Source: Chiloscyllium plagiosum
Lineage: Eukaryota
Length of the DNA: 64,000 nucleotides
Assembly (NCBI RefSeq): GCF_004010195.1
Contig: NC_057753.1
Span: forward strand, 14,111,937 to 14,175,936
Direction: 5' to 3'
This document shows positions 1 to 12,010 of this stretch, piece after piece. The notes under the pieces are model-generated. The model had not been told where the DNA came from. It searched no databases and saw only the letters and a list, made by a program, of their open reading frames with translations. The position numbers and the translations under genes were made by a program. Each line of letters begins with the position of its first letter. Positions within the stretch are counted from its first letter, which is position 1.

Positions 1-51
1 TGAATATCGTCCCTTACCAACAAGGCCACCCCACCCCCTCTGCCCCGCTAC

Positions 52-974
52 TTAGTTTAAATGTAGCGGTGTTGCAGTAGAAAACCTGCCTGCCAGAATA
101 CTGGTCCCTAACCTATTAAGGTGCAACCCGTCTCTCTTCTAGAATTTATGTTTACCACAAAATATACCCCAGTGATCCAAGAACTTAAATCCTTGTTTCC
201 TGCACCAGTTCCCCAACCACACGTTCAAGTCCATTATCTCCCTGTTTCTGGCCACACCAGTCCAAATAACTGGAGGCAAACCAGAGATAACCACCTTGGA
301 CGTCCTGCTTTTCAGCCTTATTCCTAGTTCTCCGAAGTCTCGCTGTAGTATGTTCCTCCTCTTCTTCCCGACATCATTTGTGCCGACATGTACCACCACC
401 TCTGGCTCTTCACCTTCATCCTTGAGGATTTCCTGCACTGTGTTCGCGATGGCTTTCACTCTAGCACCAGGAAAGCAACACACCATCCTTAAATCCCGTC
501 TGCTGCCACAAAAACCCCGGTCAGTTCCTCTCACGATGGAGTCCTCTATTACCACGGGTCTGTGCGATGTCCGACTCTTCCGCTCTGCCTCTGCGGCAAC
601 TTTTGATTGACAAACTTGGCCGCCTTGCGAACTGGCAGTGTCATCAGTCTCTGCTTCCAAAAGCTTCAACTTGTTCCTGACAGGTACTTCCCCCGGGGTC
701 TCTTGCACCTGTCTCCTCTCCGCCTTCCTCATTGTCTGCTCTCTTCTGCTCTCTTCTGGCATGATTGGTGTAATAACATCGCTAAGGTCTTGTCCAGAAA
801 GATCTCATTTTCTCGGATGAGCCGAAGGTCTTCGAGTTCTTTCGTCAGCGCTGCAATATGCTCGGTCGATTGCTGAATGTGCACACACTTTCCACACATA
901 TACGAGCCAGACACACCAGAGTCGTTGACCTCCCACATCAAGCACGTAGCGCACTGAACCAGCTGGGCAGTCAT
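52..974 (-). mobile_element. CR1-clade LINE ORF1 (zinc-finger/leucine-zipper N-terminus plus SGNH esterase domain), disrupted
   Basis: ORF 729..974 has CATC...CGKC followed by a heptad segment (IAALTKELEDLRLIRENE). After a frameshift near 770, ORF 139..762 has esterase blocks VVIEDSIVRG (GDSL-like), CFPGARV and VVHVGTND. Past an in-frame TAG the frame continues KRDGLHLN to a TAA at 52-54. Confidence 0.9.
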
Positions 975-1354
975 GTCTTCACCCTCTTCAACTGTGGTGT
1001 ACTCACTTCACTCAACCTCCTTGTCAAAGAGTCCTGAGCTGAAGCCTCATTCTTCGATCTAAACTTCCTTCGACCCTCTTTTTGTGTCACGTCTGTGGAC
1101 TCTTAATTAAGGTGAGAGGAGGAGGGAGGGAGGGAGACCCTACTTTGTAGGACCTGGGGTTTAGAACACTCCCACTCTAATAGTAATCACTTACTTTCCC
1201 GACCGGCTTTGCACTCCGTCTGAACTTCCGCCCAGCTCCCGCAGCTCTCTGTTGCGAAAAGACCGTTGGCGTCGAGGTAAGTTCTTTATATAGTAATCAC
1301 TTACCTTCCCGACCGGCTTTGCACTCCGTCTGAACTTCCGCCCAGCTCCCGCTG
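975..1354 (-). mobile_element. CR1 5' UTR containing two ~62-bp direct repeats
   Basis: Lies directly upstream of the ORF1 ATG. TAGTAATCACTTAC(T/C)TTCCCGACCGGCTTTGCACTCCGTCTGAACTTCCGCCCAGCTCCCGC occurs at 1181-1242 and 1291-1352. Confidence 0.7.
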
Positions 1355-1399
1355 TAGGATGTAGGAAGATAAATAAGCATTCATGAAATTAGACTTCGC

Positions 1400-1850
1400 T
1401 GCGAGGAAGTCATAGTTAATTCTGACCATATTCAGCTCCAGTTTCCTGCCTGGTCGCATAACCCTTGATACACTTACTGATTAAAAATCTGCACATCTCA
1501 GCTGTGAGTAAAGTTATTGATTCTACCTCAATAATTCTCTGCATTGAATAATTCCACAGATACACTACACTGTCAGAGAAAATGTAGATTCTCGTCTCTA
1601 CCTTGAAGCTTTGCTTCACTATAATGATTTCTGGTCCTTCACTCCGTCACAATAAAAATATATATTTTTCGGCTTCAACCCTATTCGGTTTCTGACAAAC
1701 GTTTTTGAGACAATAAGGTCGCCTCTCATTCTTTTACCGCCAACGAATATCAGCCCAATCCATTAAATCTCTCCTCGTTAAAAACAAACCCTGCATATAT
1801 GGAATCAAATGAGTGGCGCTCTCTCAACTCCTTACCATCAGCTTTATAAT
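1400..1850 (-). mobile_element. Old CR1 LINE 3' fragment (ORF2 C-terminus)
   Basis: ORF 1416..1619 reads FSDSVVYLWN...EVESIT...RFLISKCIKGY, matching the CR1 ORF2 tail FSQRVVxLWN...KGY. Confidence 0.7.
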
Positions 1851-3258
1851 TCCTCAGTAAAGGGGATGACAGTTGTTAAATTCTTGTCATATATGTTATT
1901 GTCAAGATATGCAGATTTTAATGCTGCGATTACACAAGTCTGTAACTGGGTCAGAGGAGAGCAGCAAACAGAATCTACGGAAACTGGGGAAACCGCAGGC
2001 TCAATTTAAGTGAAGTGTGTGTTGATTCTCAGTTGCACTCAGAACTGGTGGTTCAGAAGTAGCGACGGTCAGATTTTTTAGAAGTCTGTGACCATGCTGC
2101 ACCTGCTCATTGTTCAATGAGACTACGATAATGAAAAAACAAAGTCGAAAAAGCTTCAAAAAGATACAGTCATGACGCCTCCGACGATGGAATGAGTGAC
2201 TTTCCTATCTTTGGGTCTTTGTAAGAGTTATTTAATATCATAACTTGCCCAACGTTTGATTTTTTTTAATGAAGAGCTGATGTCCCCTTTGCACGTTTTA
2301 AATAATAATTATTTAATCCTCGTCTTCCCTTATTTCTCAGTTCTTTAAATCTGCAATTTAAATAATACAGCTAACATTTCTTGGAATTGTTTCTGTTTCA
2401 TACTTGTGATCTGGATACTGTTTTGTATGTAAAGACAGTTTTCATATTAAAGGACAAAACATATCGAAATGGTAGTTCCTACTGGGTTTTTTTTTGTTAT
2501 TTGTTCGAATGTTGGTGGAAACCATAAAATACCATTTTCGCGTGCCACTTCTCTTTGTAGCATCACCATCAAGTAAGGTACCTGTTTTCAGGTAAATTTT
2601 AATTGTTTTGTTCCCAGAAAACAAACATTTTCTGGCAGCGACTGTCTATCGTGAAGTCCTTCAGTTTTGCTTGTACACAACCGTAGAATTTAACAGAATT
2701 CAAGCCCCTATTCAAAATAAAAGAAACATTTGTGTCCTATAAATTTTAGAACTTCAGTTGGAGGGGATAGATTCACGAGAAGTTAAGAAAAGTTAATGTT
2801 AGCAGGTTTATACATTAAACTTTTATATTCCTTTTCCAAATAATAAAAGCTCACAAGTCAAGCCACGTACCTGAATGCCTCGAAAATGTAACTTTGTCAA
2901 ATAACTGACCTACAATGTTGACGTGATGACAGAGGCAGAGAAAACTCCCAGATAGTGTATGAATGCATACACTGTGTTTCCAGAGATTTGAACTCTTATA
3001 TATACGAGAATTGCATGCAATGCTTGAAATATAAAATTTCAGCAACAGCACGGCAACCCATAGGAAAGTTCATTGAGGCCATGTCATATCAGGTTTATAC
3101 TATAACAGGATATAATTGAGTTTTTGAACGTTGACATTTCATGTCTGATATCAACAAGTAAACCCACACCAGGTCAGCCTGGTCTTATGCGCAGACTGAG
3201 GAATGCTGTTGGATCTGACAACTGCACGGAATGAAAACTGTAAGGGATCCACTGAGCA

Positions 3259-3297
3259 GGTTTTTGTACGGTCCTCACTGATCTTGGTTTCACTGTG
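3259..3297 (-). other. Recombination signal sequence, 23-bp spacer, consensus (V1)
   Basis: Minus strand: CACAGTG (3297-3291), 23 nt (3290-3268), ACAAAAACC (3267-3259), immediately after CAVE. Confidence 0.97.
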
Positions 3298-3804
3298 TCT
3301 CTACTGCGCAGAGATAGGTGCCAATGTCTGTCACTCGAACGTCATGAACATTCAGAGTGCTTCTCTTCTCCACTGAACTGAACTGAGCAGCAATCCTGTC
3401 CCGATTGCTGGTACCGCTCACCAGATGCTTCATGGTTCCGTCCGGGTATTGAATGTACCACTGTAGGATCTGCCCTGCTACTGTGGTGGTACAGGTCAAT
3501 ATTGCAGTGTTTCCCTCGATAACGATCACTAATTCTGATGACTGTGACACCTCGTTGCTACCTGCAACAGCTGAGAAGAATTGAAAGATAAACTGAAATA
3601 ACATACTTTAGGTATAACAGATTGTAATACAATGCAATAGAGTTCAAAATCAGATGATATAAAATCATGCAGCAGCAAAATCTGTCAAACACAACATATC
3701 ATCATATCACATGCATGTTTCCAACAGAATCAACAGTCACACTCACCAAAAGAGAATAGTAAAGAATTTATGGAGACGAGCAGAAAAGTTAAGCTCAGCT
3801 TCAT
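3298..3804 (-). CDS. TRAV/DV: T-cell receptor alpha/delta-type V gene segment V1, open (leader exon 3747-3804, V exon 3298-3570)
   Basis: Leader MKLSLTFLLVSINSLLFSF with G|GTGAGT donor; TTCTTCTCAG acceptor. V exon AVAGSNEVSQSSELVIVIEGNTAILTC-TTTVAGQILQ-WYIQYPDG...STLNVHDVRVTDIGTYLCAVE. Canonical Cys, Trp, DxGxYxC and a 23-RSS. Confidence 0.93.
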
Positions 3805-3984
3805 ATCGAATCTTCTTTATTTCTGTGATACAACTATCTGTAGATTTTGACCAGGAGACGCTCCTTGAGAAATCAACGCTGGTTAATACCCAACTCTGCT
3901 CGATACGACGTATTGTGTAACCTCTGGACGTGGGTAACCTGTACATGTGAACACAAAGTGAAGTACTGAGAGAGCGGCAGCATG

Positions 3985-4085
3985 TGAGTGGTGATGTCGG
4001 AGTGCACTTGTGTCAGAGCTTCCTGTCATGTGACCTTATGATGCAGCAAGTGTAGCATCGCTCTGAACCAGCGTGACGCCACTCA
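3985..4085 (-). promoter_or_regulatory. Putative V1 promoter motifs (CRE/decamer-like, ETS, E-box)
   Basis: About 190-280 bp upstream of the leader ATG: GGTGATGTCG (3990-3999), CTTCCTGT adjoining GTCATGTGAC (about 4019-4034), and TGACGCCA. Motif matches only. Confidence 0.35.
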
Positions 4086-4329
4086 ACCAGGACAGGAGGC
4101 TGGGGGCTTCGCTGCTAACATTGATCTGCATGATTAGCACTGACTTTCAGTGAATTCATATCTGGCTAGATGCGGGTGGGTCAAAGGTCCACGACCATAT
4201 GGTATATGGCGTGTGTGTCCAATTGCATTCTGCAGTTTCATTTTTTTTAATACACTTGAAATCTCTTGGGTCAATGTCATATCAATGGTTTCATGTAGTT
4301 TGCACCCGTACTGAAAGACCATCGACTAA

Positions 4330-6420
4330 AAAACATAGGAGTGGAAGTTTCCATTCAGGCCTTCGAATCCAACTATCAATCAACAAGATGAATGGTCTAA
4401 TACTCATCAAAATCACATTGCTGCCTTTTTATATAAACTTCGATACACTTATTGAAAATATGTCCATTGGAACTTTGAATAGAAGAGAGCAGGTAGAACA
4501 GTACAGCTCAAGAATATGCCATTTGAGCCAAAATGTTGTGTCAAACATGATTCCAAATGAAATTAATCATTTTTGCCTGCCCTTGGTTCATTCCTTCCAT
4601 TCCTTGCATATTTACTTGCAAACCTGAATGACCCTAAAATGTTCTGTCAGCATCTGCCTGCAACAGCACCCCTGGCAGAATGCTACAGATTCTGAACACT
4701 CTCTGTGTAAGAAAAACTGCCTTCAAGTCTCCTTTGGACTTTCCCCTTCTCTTCTTAAATGGATGTCCCGTTGTATTACACATTTCAATTCAGGGAAAAG
4801 AATTGTGATCGTTAATCTTATCTCGGCATCTCATAATTTTATAGATTTCTATCAATACTCCCCTCAGCCACCGCCACTCAAGACAAAGTACCTTGAGATT
4901 TGAAAACCTCTCCCCAGAATTCATACTCTCTAATCCAGGAAGTATCCTGACAAACCTCTTCTGGATCCTTTCCCATGCCTCCACATCCTTCCTGTAATGT
5001 GGAGACCACTCTTGAATGTAATACGCAACGGATAGCCTAACCAAAATCTTATAAAGCTGCAGCATGTCATCTTGACCCTTGTACTGAATTCCACAAATAA
5101 TAAAGGCAAGCATGCCATGTGCCTTATCTGCCAACCCACCTACTTGTATGACCACTTCCAGTGAGTTATGGACTTGAACTCCAATATCATTCTGTACATC
5201 AATGCTCTTCAGAATACTGTCATTAACTGTGCACTTTTTCATAGCATTTGAGTTCTCAAAATGTAGAAGTCGCACTTAGCTGGATTAAACACTAACTGCC
5301 ATTTCTATGCCCATATCTGCAACGACTCTATACCCTGTTGTATCCTTTGGCAACTTCAATACTATCCACAATTCTACTGATCTTTGCATCGTCTGCAAAC
5401 TGCAACCTGGAGAACACCATTAGTCATGAACCTCCAACCTGAAAAATGCCATTCCACCGATACACTTTATTCACTATGGGAAATGTTGTGAAAATACCGG
5501 TGTTGGACTCGGGTGAACAGAGTTAAAAGTCACATAATGATAGGTTATGGTCCAACAGTTTTATTTGGCGGCTAAAGCTTGTACTTCCTGGTGTTGTGTG
5601 ATTTTTAATTTCTATGTGCAAGCTTATTCGGAATACACACAGCCAAGTCACCAGGGAACCCATGCATCTTAGTCTTCTCGATTAGTCGACCATGAGGGAC
5701 TTGTTGAAAGCAAGACTAAAATCCATATAAACAACATCCACTGCTCTACTATAATCAAACCGCTTTGTCACCTCGTCAAAAAATTCAATCAAGTCAGTAC
5801 GGCATGACCTGTCCTGCAAAAAGCTATGCTCGCACTCCCTAATTAGGCATGTATTTCCAAATCTCTCCAACATCTTCCCAACCATCATTATGTGAATCAG
5901 CTGCCTTTAGTTTACTGGATTATACCTCCTTACCTTCATGAATAGAGGAATAACATTCGCTGATTAGTGTTTTCTTGGAACTCTCCAGTGGTTAACGAGG
6001 TTACAAAGAACTTGGGCAAGGTCCACGCAATCTTCTGAGGTAGAAAACCTGGGGTAGATCCCCGTCGGGCCCTGGCGGTCTATCCATCTTTATGCTCTCC
6101 ATGAGATTCAATATCACTTCTTTCTTGATCCCTCGTTATCCACTCGTTTATAATGAATTCCTAAAATACCGTGCATTTCTCCTTAACCTTTCTTGCCCAG
6201 ATCAATTCATGTCCCTTCCTTGCTCTCATAGTTCCTGCTTTAGTATTTTCCGGCTATTTTGGGATTCCTCATGGTGCCAGACCGATTTTAATTTCCTAAA
6301 TCTAATGTACGCTTATTTTTTCTCCTTTTGACGAAATTCATATTTTCCCTCGTCCCTTCATTTTCTATCCTTGTTCTTTCTCCTTCCTGGAATATACTGG
6401 TCATGAACTCGTTAAACCTG
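4330..6420 (-). mobile_element. CR1 LINE ORF2 (reverse transcriptase) fragments, decayed
   Basis: ORF 5682..5888 (SCRTDLIEFFDEVTK...AVDVVYMDFSLAF) and ORF 4790..5275 (LQLYKILVR...WSPHYRKDVEAWERIQKRF...LRGVLIEIYKIM), followed by a CR1-type 3' tail. Confidence 0.9.
5483..5615. mobile_element. Short inverted-repeat element, probably the terminal repeat of a second Penelope-like family, nested in CR1
   Basis: CCGGTGTTGGACT...AGTTAAAAGTCACATAATGATAGGTTATGGTCCAACAG is followed by the inverted CCTGGTGTTGTGTGATTTTTAA. A related copy lies at 37843-37929. Confidence 0.5.
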
Positions 6421-6774
6421 GTCATTAGAAGTTAGGCCTTAGAATCTGTGAGTATTTGCATTCACTACATTATCGCTAAGCGAGTATTTTAACTCCAGAC
6501 AAATAAGCAAACAGCCTATTTTAACTGTCAGCTATGCCATTTCTGTATTTGGCATCATCAGTTGTCCTTCAAATGAGAAAGAGGAGAAAGAGCAGAAATT
6601 TCAATCTATGATGGTGCTAATGTTTAACTTAAATGCTACTAAATGAAACAGCCAGTGATGTTCGTTTCTGAATCACTGCTGCACATTTGAGGTGTAGATG
6701 ATCTGAACATATGCAACTTTACCCTGATTCCCTAATACAAAATGCTCAAAAAACAGGATCCCCTAGTGTATGTG

Positions 6775-7270
6775 GAAGTGAGGACTGCAGATGTTGGAGC
6801 TCAGAGTCGAGAGCTACAACTGGAAAAACACGGCCGTTCAGGGAGCATCTGAGGAGCAGGAGAATCGACTTTGACAGGCCGCCTACTTGCAGAACGTTTC
6901 AGCGAACACCTCTGGGACACCCGGACCAACCAACCCAACCACCCCATAGCCCAACACTTTAACTCCCCCTCCCACTCCACCAAGGACATGCACGTCCTTG
7001 GACTCCTCCATCTCCAGACCATGGCAACACGACGGTTGGAGGAAGAGCGCCTCATCTTCTGCCTGGGAACCCTCCCTCCTCCCAACCTTTTATCTTAGCC
7101 AGCTGGACACTGTTTCCTCATTCCTGAAGAAGGGCTTATGCCCGAAACGTCGATTCTCCTGTTCCTTGGATGCTGCCTGACCTGCTGCGCTTTTCCAGCA
7201 ACACATTTTCAGCTCTTTCTGGCAAAAGCCCTCATTCAAGAATGAGCAATCCTAATGAACGGATTATGAC
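6775..7270 (+). mobile_element. Penelope-like element remnant: inverted 5' terminal repeat, GIY-YIG endonuclease C-terminal part, 3' terminal repeat with hammerhead motif
   Basis: ORF 6871..7098 reads TGRLLAERFSEHL...PIAQHFNSPSH...RRLEEERLIFCLGTL (GIY-YIG C-terminus). Flanked by inverted copies of the GATGCTGCCTGACCTGCTG repeat. CTGAAGA-A-GGGCTTATGCCC-GAAACGTC at 7124-7151. Confidence 0.85.
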
Positions 7271-8249
7271 CAAAAATAGATCGCACAGTGTTAACGCACA
7301 TGTGCATTAACAAAATAATTCACCACGTAAGTTTGTAATAAAGAACTGCGCGGCAACTTAACAGAATCTGGCATATGGCAAGAGGCGTCGAAAATTTGAG
7401 AGAATTTAGTGAGCTGCTGTTGATATCTCTTGCTGCTATCCATTCATAATCGTCTCATGTTTCAGGACGAACTCAATGTTCGACCTGACTTTATTTTAAG
7501 GAGACACTAGATGGAGCAGGAGGTACGTTGTTGAATAATTCAAATAAAATAGAATCCCTGACATGCTATGGAGATAAGTGCAAAACTGTGTCCAGAAAAA
7601 TAACATGTTACACAATGATGAAAATGGAGGAGTCATAACTCAACAGAGCGCACTCTGATCCAATTAACATTCAGGATTTATTCGGAATCTCACAGATATA
7701 ATTATGCAGAGAACACTGAATAATTGTGAGCAAAGAACAAAATGCTTGCAACAACTAATCGATAATTTGATAATAGAGCACATGAACTTTAAACTGCCAG
7801 TGTCTTCAAATCAGTAACGAGAACAAAGTGACAAAAAAGGAGATGAGAAGTATAGCAATAGGACACTAACTTTCATTGAGAACGAGAAACTTTATTCATT
7901 AACAACGTTCATACATTTGGAACAAAAACGAAGTTGTAAGATTCATGTGATTTCTCAATATGATTATCTTGAATATTTTAAACATTATAACATGATTCCA
8001 ACAGCACTGGATAAAGCAGTCGCGTAAAACTTAAAGTTTGAAATGATCATTTGCCAATGAAAGCATTCTCTTCCGAAAACCCATAAAATTATCAGGTATA
8101 AAATCAAAATTATGCCTTTCTAGTAATTGAGAGTGCTCTTCCACTCGGTAGAAGGTGAGAGAGTTCTGAACGCTATTTTCCTGCCTTTCTCCATTTACCT
8201 GGATCCTCGACCAAATAAGAAACTAATAAGACAATAAGATATTGGATGA

Positions 8250-8930
8250 AAGAGCACAGCAAATGTTAGGATCATTAGGAATATGGATACGGGTGCAAAC
8301 CAAAGCTCTAGAAGGCAGAAAAGATTGCAAATGGCATACTTGCCTTTATCTGACGGGGCATTGTGTGCAAAAGTTGGCAGATCATGTTGCAAATGTATAA
8401 AAATTCAATTTGGTCACATTTGGAGGTGTGTGTGCAGTTCTGGTCGGCACAATGTCAGATGTAATTGAAGTGTAAAAGTGTTTTACTAAAATGATGTCTG
8501 GATTATTCGGTATGAGAAGAGGTTCGAAAAACTAACCCACATTGTTTTCACTGGATAGTTGGATCCCAGGTAATGAGATGTGACAGAAGGATAGTAAATC
8601 ATATAATGCATAATTTGAGTATTTTTCCCAAAGTGGAAATCTCAAATACTCAATGGCATGGGTATCAGATTAGGGGAGGAAAGTTTAAATGAGTTGTGTG
8701 AGGCAAACTTTCTTTTCAACAGAGAGTGTTAGGTGCCTGGAAAGTGCTGCCAGGGGAACTGGGAGATGATACGATAGCAAGTTTTGATAATTATTAAGAC
8801 AGATACATGAGCAGGCATGGAATTGAGGAACACTAACCACGTGTAGGCAGATGGGATTAGTTTAGAAAGGTGTCGTGTTCTGTTCTGACATAGTGGATGA
8901 AAGCGTCTTTCCCTCTGAGGAATTGATCTT
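8250..8930 (+). mobile_element. CR1 LINE 3' fragment, decayed
   Basis: CR1 3' motifs GCAAATGGCATACTTGCCTTTAT, TGTGTGCAGTTCTGGTCG and CAGAGAGTGTTAGGTGCCTGGAA. Confidence 0.75.
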
Positions 8931-10613
8931 TATTTTAATATTTCCAATTGTCTGTAAAACTTGCAAAAATAGGTGTTGCCATGCTAGTTATCACAGGAAA
9001 CTGAAATCGTTGAACAACCTGCATCTTATAGAAAGAACCCCATATAAACGCTTATGGATTTGGAACTAAAATATATTTATAGTGGTTGGCATAAAATTTA
9101 TGAGACCTGGAAATTGGGTGGTCGCATATTTCCGAGTATCGGCCTGTCTCCTCCTCTGTTTCTTTTCTGACTGCAGCTGTATAGATGATTATTAATAATC
9201 TGTGCTTCTTACAAAATTTCCTTGACTTTGGTTGTCTTTAGGATTTTTAGAGATTGTGCAGCACCTCTTCAATGCATACTTATTTGAAAATAGAATCAAG
9301 GTGAGTACTTAAATTTCAGTAACTATCCCATTGATGCTCATGAGCTTATCCGATTCAAATGCCTTTAAAATGTTTCAAAGAATCATAGCAGAGAAAAGGA
9401 AGAGATTTACCCTGTTTCTAGGACAATATATATCCTTCTATCGTAGTAATTAAACATATGAATGGTTAACTCTAACAGTGGTTTGTTGTACTTTTCATAG
9501 TGGAAACGGACAGATGCATTTCACTGCACTATGAGGGATTATTGTTCAAGAATGCATTAACTGAATGTCAAAAGCTTTTATATGCTCATAAAGTGCGAAG
9601 AGCGTGGGGCAACTCCAAGTCTTTCGGCATGTTGACCCATGTTTGTTGTAAAGAAGTTACATCGAAAACAACATTGATGATAATTGTCACATGAGCCCGA
9701 TGGCATTTGACACAACTATCAGATGTTTGAACATACTACCATTAAATTTCAGCATGAACTTCAGGCACAATTGTAGCTTTAAAGCATGCAGCCCAGAATC
9801 AGGATGTGATTGCATCTCAGTGAAATGAGGATGTTGCATAGAAAGCTGAGATTAATTTCGATAGGTATAGATGTGGTGGGATTGCACAGACCGCCCGAAA
9901 CGTCTGATGAGAAATCAATCACTCTGACTCGCTTTCTAATCGTTATGATGTTACACACTATCTGATTATCCTTTAGAGAGAAAATTGCACAGTGGTGACC
10001 CATGTGTATTAACTGATAGAAAGATAATTCATAAGATTTCATTATCATTCGTCTGAATAATTGCTTGCATTTTTGTTTTCAAGAAGAAGCAGAAAGCATT
10101 AAATTCGTAATTAAATTTAATGCTACCACCGTCCAGAATAATTTGCACTTGATATTAGACCAGATGTCTTCAGCTGTTCAGCATTAGAAGGCGCATGGCA
10201 TGCAGTTTTTCTTTCTTTCTTATTAGTAAGTGAAGGCAGCCAAATTAAAATAACACCATTTTTTTTCTGAGTTACTGGAGTTCCCATCAGCTGCAACTAT
10301 CGGGTAACTTGGATGATTGTTGACCATAGGGTAAAGTCTAAAACTACAGTGAAACTAAATCTAGTAGCACAGCGATGACTTTTCGTTGTGTTTTCTAGCA
10401 TTGAGAAAGCACTTTAACGATTCCCCACACGCATACAACAAACACACAATGTATATGCAAATCCAAGCGTGACATTCACACACAAGCAGATTAATATTTC
10501 AAGCACTTCTTTCCAACGTTGTTGCAATGCAGTTGAGAATTTATGACCACGGCACAGGCTAGTACACCAGGTCAGTCAATTTAGGGATTTTTTTGTATCT
10601 GCATTTCAAGGCT

Positions 10614-12010
10614 CATAAGGTTTCACATAGTAGGCTCATTCAGAAAGTAAGGAGGACATGCAATACATGGAAAACTTTCTGTCTAGATAAAGAATTGGCT
10701 GGCCCATAAAAGACAGAGCGCGGCGCCAGCTGTGGGGCGGCACGTTGGCACAGTGGTTAGGACTGCTGTTTCATAGCACTAGAGAGCTGGATTCAATTCC
10801 CGCCTCAGGTGACTGTTTGTGTGAAGTTTGCACATTCTCTGCGTGCATGTGCTCCGGTTTACGTCCACAGTCCAAAGATGTACAGGTTAGGTGAATTGGC
10901 CATGTTAAATTCCCCGTAGTGTTAGGTGTAGTGGAAGGGGTTGGTGTGGACTTGTTGGGCAGGAGGGCCTGTTTCCACGCTGTAAGGAATCTAAACTATT
11001 CAGTCTGGAGCTCGATGGTCAGTGACGCTTTGCAGGGTTCTATGACCTCTTTTCTTTGTGAACTTTACAAATGACTTGGATGAAGAGTGGGTTAGTAATT
11101 TTGCCGATGATACGAAGGTTGATCGAGTTGTAGATAGTGTGACAGACTGTTGTTGGTTGAAACAACATATTGACAACATGCAGAACAGTGCTCAGAAGTG
11201 GCAGATGGAGTTCAACCTGGAAATATGTGAAGTCATTCACTTCGCAAGGTGAAATGTGAATGCAGAATACAGGGTGAAAGGCAATATTCTTGGCAGTGTA
11301 GAGCAATAGTGGCATCTTGGGATCCTTACCCATAAATGCCTCAAAGTTACCATCCAGTTTGATCGGGTTGTTCAGTAGGCATACAGTTTGCTTGTTTTCA
11401 TTTGCAGGAGGATTGCGTTTAAGAGCCAAGTGGTTATGCTGCATCTCTATAGAATCCTGGTTACACTTGGAACATTGTTTTCAGTTCTGGTCGCTGCATC
11501 ATAAGGAAGATGTGAAAGCTTTAGACAGGATGCAGAGGTGATTTACTAGGTTGCGGCCTGGAATGGAGGGAATGCACTATGAAGAAAGATTGAGGGAGCT
11601 AGGGCTTTTCTCACTGAAGCGAAAAAGGATGAGAGGTGACTTGATAGAGGTGTAGAGGTAAAATGTTGAGAGGCATAGTTACAGTTGATAGACAGATAAT
11701 TTTCCGATGACAGAAACGGCGATCATGAGGAGGGAAATTTTAAGATAATTGGAGGAAGGTTATATCAAAGATATCAGAAGTAGATTCTTTTCTCAGAGAA
11801 TGGTGGGTGCGTGGAATTCACTGTCAGCAGTGGTAGTAGATTCAGATATATTCGGGACATTTACCGACATCGGCACATGAAGATTAGAACAATGAAAGGT
11901 ATGCCAGTTATTCTGATCTTAGAGTAGGATAACAGGCCGGCACAACATCGTGGACCGAAGGACCTGTGCTGTGCTGTAATGTACTATGTCTTTTGTTCTA
12001 TGGTCTATGA
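10614..12010 (+). mobile_element. CR1 LINE 3' half (RT C-terminus and tail), interrupted by a SINE
   Basis: ORF 11058..11252 (NDLDEEWVSNFADDTKV...KWQMEFNLEICEVIHF) and 11317..11541 (HLEHCFQFWS). Tail ...GGACCTGTGCTGTGCTGTAATGTACTATGTCTTTTGTTCTATG. Confidence 0.9.
10734..10995 (+). mobile_element. HE1-like tRNA-derived V-SINE
   Basis: tRNA head GGGCGGCACGTTGGCACAGTGGTTAG...GGATTCAATTCC, V-domain TGTGTGAAGTTTGCACATTCTC...CCACAGTCCAAAGATGTACAGGTTAGG, and a CR1-like tail GGGCCTGTTTCCACGCTGT. Confidence 0.88.

Noticed and set aside
9988-10026. Lone CACAGTG heptamer (others at about 21439, 52903, 54807 and 57753)
   Set aside because: No acceptable nonamer at 12 or 23 bp and no adjacent V, D or J coding sequence; expected by chance.
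10734-10805. tRNA gene
   Set aside because: The A/B-box-like head continues into a V-domain and LINE-like tail, so it is a SINE.
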